Of a stretch of DNA of 64,000 bases, positions 49,801 through 64,000 are shown piece by piece. This stretch comes from the human T2T-CHM13v2.0 reference genome, Homo sapiens. How positions within the stretch are numbered: the first letter of the stretch is position 1; each line of letters starts with the position of its first letter. A model generated the notes under the pieces. That model ran no database searches. It saw nothing but the letters and a program-made list of their open reading frames with translations, and was not told the origin of the DNA. Position numbers and translations under genes: made by a program. The stretch lies in assembly GCF_009914755.1 (NCBI RefSeq), contig NC_060927.1; one strand, 5' to 3'.

Positions 49801-52244
49801 AAACTCCCTTAGCTTTTGTTTGGTCTAGGAATATCTTTATCTCTCCTTAATTTCTAAGTAATAGCTTTGCTGAATATCATATTCTTGGTTGACAGGCTTT
49901 TTTCTCCCCTCTGTCAGCACTTTGACTGTATTATACGACTTCTTCCTAGGCTGCAATGTTTCTGCTGAGAAATCTGCTGGATGACCTTATGTTATTTTTC
50001 CCTTGTATGTGAAGTGTCCTTTTTCTCTCACTGCTTTCAAATTTATCTCATTTTCTTTGACTTTTTACAATTTGAATATAATGTGTCTAGGGCAATCTTT
50101 GTGTTGAGTTTGCTTGGAAACTTTTGAGATTCATAAATCTGGATACTTATATCCCTCTCATGACTTGGACATTTTTCATTCATTATTTCTTTAAGAAATC
50201 TCCTGTTCTTTTCTCTCTCTCTTCTCTTTCTGAGAAATTCATATTGTATATATTCATTCATTTAATGAAATGCCATAGATCTCATACTTTCTTCACTTTT
50301 TTCATGTTTTTTTGATCCTCTAACTGGCTAATTTCCAATGACTTTTATTTGATTTTGCTGATTCTTCTGCATGATCAAGTCTACTTTTGAAGCTCTCTAT
50401 TAGGTTTTTTAAGTTCCATTATTGCATTCTTTAGCTCCAGGATTTTCATTTGATTCATTTTTATGATTTCTACTTTTTATTAAACGTTTCATTTTGTTCT
50501 TGTATTATTTTTGTAAGTTTGTCTAGTTGTCTGTCTGTATTCTTTTTCATCTCATTGAACTTCCTTGAGATAATTATTTTAAATTTTTTTGTCAGAAAAT
50601 TCTTTGATTTTTTTTTCTTTGTCATTGGTTACTATAGCTTTATTGTTTTTCTGTGGGTCATGTTTGCTTGATTCTTCATGATCAGTGTAGCCTTGCAATG
50701 GTATATGTGCCTTTGAAGTAGAAAACGTCTCTTCCAGTTTTTATTTACTATTTTTAGTAGTTAAAGATCTTTTTATCTTGGGTTCCTAGGCTGATGGGAT
50801 AACCTCCTCAGTTGCAATCAGGAAGGATTAGAGTTAGGTTGCACAGCTACTGCTGGGTCCACAGTAGGGTCTGTGATTTGTGGACCTGTTACCAGGGACC
50901 TGAACATCAATGATCCTGTCTCATCCCTAGGTGAACTGGACTGCCTTTAGTACCTTGCCCAGAATGGCTGGTGCTAGGACAAGGATCTATTTCATGGTCT
51001 TCAGTTAGAAGACAGTGAGCCCGTTACTGCATGTGCAGATGGGTGTGGCTCCTGCCAAGTCCCAGAGAGGGCTCCTTCCAGTTCAAGAAGTGGTCCTTGA
51101 GCAGGCAGGACACATCATTGTCTGAGGATTAATGGGGCTGGAATTAAGTTACTGGGCTCTTTCAAGATCCTTATTTGGACTGAGGTTAGTAGGCCTGGTT
51201 CTGGGGGCATATGCAGACAATGTGCTGGATTACCTACAGATGAGTGTGTCTCCTGCCTTGTCCTTGGGTGGGTAGAGCTGCTCTTGCATCACAGCTGAGA
51301 AGGGCCAAAACTGAGTTACAGAGTTATTTCTAGTTTCAGAGTTGGACTAAGATCAACAGCCCTGCCTCTAGAAACATGGACAAGTGTGTCCCCTTCCAGG
51401 ACCCTGGGTGGGCAGGACTGCTTATGTACGGGGGCCAAAGCCAGGTCATGGTCTACTTTAGGGTCCAGAGCTGGGATTAAATTTGGTGGGCCTCTTACAG
51501 GATGCATGGGAAAGTGTGGCTCTTAGATCTCTTGGTTAATGCTGCTGGTGATGAAATGAAGGCCAAATTGGGCTACAGCCAAGCCCCCAGTGGGATAAGG
51601 CAACTTCTGGGTTTGTAGTCAGAACTATGGTCAGTGAACCTGGACCTGGGTGCAGGCCTGCTTTCTCAAAAAGGTTTTCCTTGGTCTTAGACTTCACGAG
51701 GGATTTGTAAACACCTATCTAGATCCCAAAGCTCTTGGAAAGGCACTTTTATGTGGGGATGGGTGCCAAATTATTGTTGCTGTGAGGGGATACAAGCAGG
51801 AGACCTCATATGCTGTTATATTGCTGCCATTACCCAGACTTTTGCAATTCTTAATGAATTAATGAATTTAGGCAATTAGGTGAAAAGCCATTGGTAGAAA
51901 GGTTGATGGGATTTTTATAAAGATTTTATAAAGATTAATGGGGAAATCAGGCTAACAACACTTGCCTATTGACCAATATTAGCATCACTAAAATTGAAAA
52001 AGACATATCATTAAGTGGCTTATTATATTTAATATTACCTTTGAAGTATTCTTACCTAAAAAATTGAATCTAAAATCTAATCATTCTTCTAATTATCAAT
52101 TTATAGTAAACATGAGGGAAAGATCAACAGTCTAAAAGACACCAGAAAAATACAGAATTTTTTGGGATAAACGACTATTTCTCTACAAATCAATGTCATA
52201 AAAAGGGTAAATATTGGTTAAGACTAAAGAAAATTTTAAAAAAT

Positions 52245-53067
52245 TTGCTGGATAACTTGCAAAAATGATCATGGACAGGGGACGTGATTTTTCTTCTTAT
52301 CAAAGAGTAGAGTTTATTGTTTTACTCTTTGTATTTGGTTTGGCCTTGTAACTTGCCTTGACAAATAGAATCCAGCAGAATTCACAGTGTGCAAGTTCTG
52401 GAGCCTACACCTGAAGAAGGCTTATAGATTATATTCTTGCACTTTTAGAGTCTTTTTTTTTTATTTTTTGTGATGGGATCTTGCTCTGTCACCCAGGCTG
52501 GAGTGCAGTGGTGCAATCATGTCTTGTTGCAGCCTCAACCTCTTGAGCTCAAGTAATCCTCCCACCTCAGAGTCCCGAGGAGCTAGGACCACAGGTGTCC
52601 TCCACTATGCCCAGCTAATTTTTTTTTTTTGGAAGATAGGGTCTCACTGTATTGCCCAGGCTGGTCTCTAACTCCTGGGCTCAAGCTGTCCTTCCACCTC
52701 AGCCTCACAAATTGCTGGGATTACAGGCCACCACACCTGGCTCAACTTTTGGAGTCCTGAGACTGTTTTACTTCATAAGCCCAGGCTAACTTCCTTGAGG
52801 ATAAGACTATGTGGAGAGAAAGACCCATATGACAGCTGCATCATTCACTAGATAGGTGATGAAGCCATCTTGGACTATCTGTTTTTGCTAAAGCTACCAG
52901 CTGGCTGCTACCACATAAAGGACCCTAGGCAACATTTGCAGAAGAACCACTCATCTGAGCCCAGGCAAAATTGTTGACCTGTGGCATACAGAGCTAATAA
53001 ATTATTCTTGTTTTTAAGCCACTGAATTTAGAAGTGGTCATTATACAGTAGGAGATTGCTAAAGCAG
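52245..53067 (+). mobile_element. MLT1H-like MaLR LTR
   Basis: ggccttgtaacttgccttgacaaatagaat...gaagccatcttggac...cagaagaaccactcatctgagccc...tttttaagccactgaattt. Confidence 0.7.
52453..52742 (-). mobile_element. AluJ (Jo/Jr) SINE inside the LTR
   Basis: gcagcctcaacctcttgagctcaag and actcctgggctcaag; TSD actttt(a/g)gagtc at 52441-52452 and 52745-52756. Confidence 0.92.
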
Positions 53068-54829
53068 AGTTATAATAATCAAATACAATATGTGGATCCT
53101 ACTGGATCGACATTCAAACAAATCACCTGTAAAAAGGATCTTTTGAGATAAATAAGGAAATTTGAGCATGGATTGCATATTAGATAATGTCAAAAAATTA
53201 TTTTAATTTTATCAGTTGTTTTATAATGTAAACAAAAATGATATAGAGATGCACACTGTAGATTTATCAGGGAAATGCCCTGATATATGGGATTTGTTTT
53301 AAAATAACCAAAGAAAGAAAGGCATGGGAGACATAGATAAAACAAAATTGGTAAGATGTTGATAATTATTGAAGTTGAGTGATGTGTTCATGGTTTATAT
53401 GATATTCTCTCAACATCTCATTTTGTTTTAAATGTCTTTTGTATTAAAGATTTTTTAAAGAAAATATCAATTGTTCTTAGTAGCCTCTCAACAAGCATTC
53501 ATTTTCAACCTGTGGATCCCTTCTCTGCCTTTTCCAACGTTTTCCAGGGTTGGCTCATTTGGAAAGATCTCTGGGTGAAGCTTCTCGTGGACTCTGTTAA
53601 TTGTTGTATTAATAGGGTTTAGGAACCATTAAGACTGTCACACAGTAGGAACTGCCAGTTTTATATTAATTTCAGCAGGGGTGCTGGGAACCTTCATATA
53701 GGAGCTGTCCACAATCCTGGCAGCCCCATTATTCATGTTTTTATTTTTAAGAAAGAGGTTTTGTTTGACATCATAGAGGAATAAATTAATGTGACCCATC
53801 TGCAGTCTAATTCCTGTAGAGAATCTAGTTGTTAGCTAGGTAATAGTCTAGCTCTTCGAGGTGACTAAAGTCCTTAAACTTGTTAATTTAGCTGAGGAAG
53901 AAATAGCTGCAGTGAATTCCCCTTTAGGAGTGTTATAGATGTGAGTCTGGATCATGTCATCTTAGCAAAAGCAGGTTTGAAAATTCCGTCGAGGGCTGAT
54001 TTGTATGTGTAGAAGGTGGCCAGTCTGGTATAAACAGGTTCTCTGGTATGGAAGTGGTGTACCTGAACATCGCTATGTCTAGAGAAAGATGAAGTGAGAA
54101 ATAATGCCATTATTGAGAATAAGCCACCAAGAGACCTGGATTTTTATAAAATATAAAAATAGAAAGGAGTGAAGCAAAGTAACCTATAAACCTCTTTACT
54201 TCCCCATCCCCCGGCTTCCTACAAATTCCAAACAGACAGCTACAACATACTTTGGGCCTGCTGCAGGCCATGTTCCATGTTAAATATTCCACATGCCTGA
54301 TCTTATTTAGTTCTTACTAAAATCTGCACAGTTTGCATTATTTGTTTCATTTAAAGATGAACAATCTTAGGGCAGAGAGGCTACCTAACTGTCCCAACTC
54401 TTCCTTATTCCAGTACTACCTCATAAATACAGAATGGGCTCTGAGCTGAGTCATTTTGCAGAAATCAGAGATCACATTTATTTGATTAAAGCCATAAAAT
54501 CAAGAGGAGCTGTTCCAATGTTTGGGCCATCCCAACAATCAAGGAAATCATTATCAGGCTTTACTGAAGATGATTGATTTGATTACCGTATATAAACCCA
54601 TGCAGATTATAACTAGAATATTTTGTGGTTTCACATCCAATTTGAAAAAAATGCTACTTTTTTCAACATATATGACTCACATATATGTATGTAAAACATA
54701 AGGCAGGGACAAAAATACATCAAAGTTGGTTGTATTTCTTCTAAACCAGTCCTAATAATAATTAAATAACACTTTGTACAAAATGCTTTCACTTTTGGTT
54801 CACCTATGGGCTAGGATATTTTAGGAGAA

Positions 54830-55020
54830 AGATAAGCTTTTAAATCAGAAGGAAGCTGAGATTCAGTTCTAGCAATTTTCCTTTTCAAAGCGGTATTTTG
54901 ATGAATTAATATCTCTGAGCCTTGGCTTTTTTATTTGTCTAACAAAAATAATGATGTTTGTAACCCACGAAGGAAGAAATGACATTTTGTAACAAAGCTT
55001 CCTGCACAGCATCTGACAAA
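54830..55020 (+). mobile_element. MIR relic
   Basis: ttaatatctctgagccttggcttttttatttgtctaac...cttcctgcacagcatctgaca. Confidence 0.5.
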
Positions 55021-56261
55021 GAATTTTCCTCTCATTGAATGGAAATATTTGATTTTTTATGTATTAAACTTTATTTCTATCCCATGATCAATGTGTTGTT
55101 GGACCATTTTGTACAACTTAATGAACATTGGTAATAACAAGGTTATAGCCAATGATGGTAAGATTAAGGGATGTTAATAAAATAGAATTTTGTGGAACAT
55201 GTTGATTCTCATATTTGAAGTGAGAATAAAGGTGGTAAAAATAACCCAGGGTAGGCTACTTATGATGCGCCACCATGTAGTCAACTTTCATACATTGGGA
55301 AGGGGGTGTCTATCTTTTCCCAATTTTGCATTCCTTCAAGAGTGCCATGCAGACAGTGGAGCAGGTGAGTCAATATGAATGGGCAGCTGCTTGACTTACC
55401 ACTTGCACTGACTTGAGCAGAGTCTGGTGGAGAAGCACAGGCACAAATTTATCATGATATATGTCACATTCTTCTTATTGTCGATGTGATTTAAAAAATG
55501 ACAACCTTTTTCCAAACTCCTCAGAGTTTTTCCCAAGAGGAAGCCAAATAGAACATATGGCCATGCCTTTTTCTCTTTCTGTTTTTACACTTTATTTGCA
55601 TGTGGTAATTCTTATTATAATGCCTTTGAATTTTGACTAAGACCTTTAATCCTATTTCATCAGACCGCTACCGTGTTTTTGGCTTCCTTTAGTGTTGTGG
55701 TTTAAAATACTACAAACCTTCCCACATTTTTGCATGTTTTCTAGCCTTATTCGTCTTTTTCTCTCCTATAAGTTCTGACTATTTCATTTGATGCTGACCA
55801 GCAACTTTCCTTTAACTTGAGATTTTTCCATATTCTACAAAATAGATCCTCTGATTTCTGTTTAGCATTTCCTACGCAAAATTATGTGGCTACTATACCT
55901 TCGAAAACCCAAATTCTTGTTCTCTCAAGTTGCCATTATACATCATAAAATTCTGAAAAAAGATCTTTTTAAAAATTGGGCAACACAATGCAAAGCATAA
56001 CTTTATTGTTATCTAAGGATGTGTTTTCACAACCCACTCCAGAGGTTCCAGGAGATAGGCAGGTTATGAGGTGCTTCTCATTCTCTTTCTCCTGGGAAAA
56101 GTCAGCTGAAAACTGTGACTAAGAGAATTCTGATTTCTGAAATATGGCTCTTTCTTTTTGACCCTCTTGTTACCACTTGCACTTTGAAAGGAAGTGGGGA
56201 AATGAGGGGTGAGGGAAACAGAAGAGAATAGACTCGAAATCAAAAGACCTACTTTCTTTCT

Positions 56262-57028
56262 TTTTTTTGCATTTATTTATTTATTTTACTCTAAGTTCTG
56301 GGGTACATGTGTAGAACGTGCATGTTTGTTACATAGGTATGCACGTACCATTGTGGTTTGCTGCACCCATCAACCCATCATCTACATTAGGTATTTCTCC
56401 AAATGCTATCCCCAAGCCCCCCACCCCCCGACAGGCCCTTGTGTGTGATGTTCCCCTCTCTGTGTCCATGTGTTCTCATTGTTCAGCTCCCGCTTATGAG
56501 TGAGAACATGCAGTGTTTGATTTTCTGTTCTTGTGTTAGTTTGCTGAAAATGATGGTTTCCAGCGTCATCCATGTCCCTGCAAAGGACATGAACTCATCC
56601 TTTTTTTATGGCTGCACAGTATTCCATGGTGTATCTGTGTCACATTTTCTTTACCCAGTCTATCATTGGTGAGTATTTGGGTTGGTTTCAAGTCTTTGCT
56701 ATTGTGAACAGTGCCGCGATAAACATATGTGTGCATGTGTCTTCATAGTAGAATGATTTATAATCCTTTGGGTATATACCCGGTAATGGGATTGTTGGGT
56801 CAAATGGTATTTCCAGTTCTAGAGCCTTGAGGAATCGCCACACTGTCTTCCACAATGGTTGAACTAATTTACACTCCCACCAACAGTGTAAAAACATTCC
56901 TATTGTTCCACATCCTCCCCAGCATCTGTCGTTTACTGACTTTTTAATGATTGCCATTCTAACTGGCATAAGATGGTATCTCATTGTGGTTTTGATTTGC
57001 ATTTCTCTAATGACCAGTGATGATGAGC

Positions 57029-57033
<5 letters not shown>
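56262..57033 (-). mobile_element. L1PA7-like element, 3' end
   Basis: 3' UTR cacccatcaacccatcatctacattagg; interrupted at 57033 and resumes at 63098. Confidence 0.9.
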
Positions 57034-63097
<6,064 letters not shown>

Positions 63098-64000
63098 TGA
63101 GCTTTTTTTCATATGTTTGTTGGCTGCCTAAATGTCTTCTTTTGAGGAGTGTCTGTTCATATCCTTTGCCCACTTTTTGATGGGGTTGTTTGTTTTTTTC
63201 TTGTAAGTTTGTTTAAGTTCTTTGTAGATTCTGGATATTAGCCCATTGTCAGATGGATAGATTGTGAAAATTTTCTCCCATTCTGTAGGTTGCCTGTTCA
63301 CTCTGATGATAATTTCTTTTGCTGTGCAGAAGCTCTTTAGTTTACTCAGATCCCATTTGTCTATTTTGACTTTTATTGTCATTGTTTTTGGTATTTTAGT
63401 CATGTGATCTTTGCCCATGCCAATGTCCTGAATGGTATTGCCTAGGTTTTCTTCTAGGGTTTTTATGGTTTTAGGTCATACATTTAAGTCTTTAATCCAT
63501 CTCGAGTTAATTTTTTTATAAGGTGAGGAAGGGATCCAGTTTCAGCTTTCTGCATATGGCTAGCCAGTTTTCCCAGCACCATTTATTAAATAGGGAATCC
63601 TTTCCTCATTGCTTGTTTTTGTCAGGTTTGTCAAAGATCAGATGATTATAGATGTGTGACGTTATTTCTGATGCCTCTGTTCTGTTCTATTGGTCTATAT
63701 GTCTCTTTTGGTACCAGTACCATGCTGTTTTTCTTACTGTAGACTTGTAGTATAGTTTGAAGTCAGGTAGCATGATGCCTCCAGCTTTTCTCTTTCTGCT
63801 TAGGATTGTCTTGGCTATGCAGGCTCTTTTTTGCTTCCATATGAAATTTAAAGTAGTTTTTTTCAATATTCTGAAGAAAGTCAATGGTAGCTTGATTGAG
63901 ATAGCATTAAACCTATAAATTACTTTGGGCAATATGGCCATTTTTATAATATTGATTCTTCCTTTCCATGAACATGGACTGTTTTTCCATTTGTTTGTGT
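63098..64000 (-). mobile_element. L1PA7-like element, ORF2 continuation running off the window
   Basis: Collinear with 56262-57033; track ORFs 63128-63418 and 63687-63941 are ORF2 pieces. Confidence 0.9.

Larger units (their letters stand above)
51853..53460 (+). mobile_element. Ancient L1MC/L1ME-type 3' UTR, parts 2 and 3 (interrupted by an MLT1H-like LTR)
   Basis: tgaagtattcttacctaaaaaattgaatct and caatatgtggatcc...atggattgcatattagataat...gttgataattattgaagttgagtgatg. Confidence 0.6.

Noticed and set aside
53460-56260. Possible host-gene exons in largely unique sequence (also 1-3500, 10200-14600, 25100-31200)
   Set aside because: No ORF with credible splice sites or recognisable protein; small or non-coding exons cannot be excluded without transcript alignment.

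Overview
This is primate, most likely human, genomic DNA, AT-rich and dominated by transposable elements. I found no host-gene exon, RNA gene or CRISPR array. All long ORFs in the track are LINE-1 ORF1, ORF2 or ORF0. Five full-length minus-strand L1s have recognisable target-site duplications (TSDs): a young L1HS/L1PA2-boundary copy (3844-9893, inactivated by only three nonsense point changes, ORF0 intact), an L1PA4-like copy (18441-24622), an L1PA13-like copy (34690-41855), an L1PA6-like copy (57034-63097) and an old L1MA8/9-like copy whose 17-bp TSD brackets 20 kb of nested insertions (31805-51835). The rest is MaLR LTRs, four Alus, a Tigger3a, MIR/L2 relics and a short RPL7A retro-fragment. 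I did not find a new biological system in the sense of a new gene cluster. The most unusual signals are a probable ~55-bp gene-conversion tract between the 3' UTR G-tracts of two nested L1s, an independent ~85-bp deletion of the ZNF93-target region in the L1PA6-like copy, and a ~560-bp foreign segment inside an L1MA. Subfamily names come from remembered consensus diagnostics and need RepeatMasker/Dfam confirmation.
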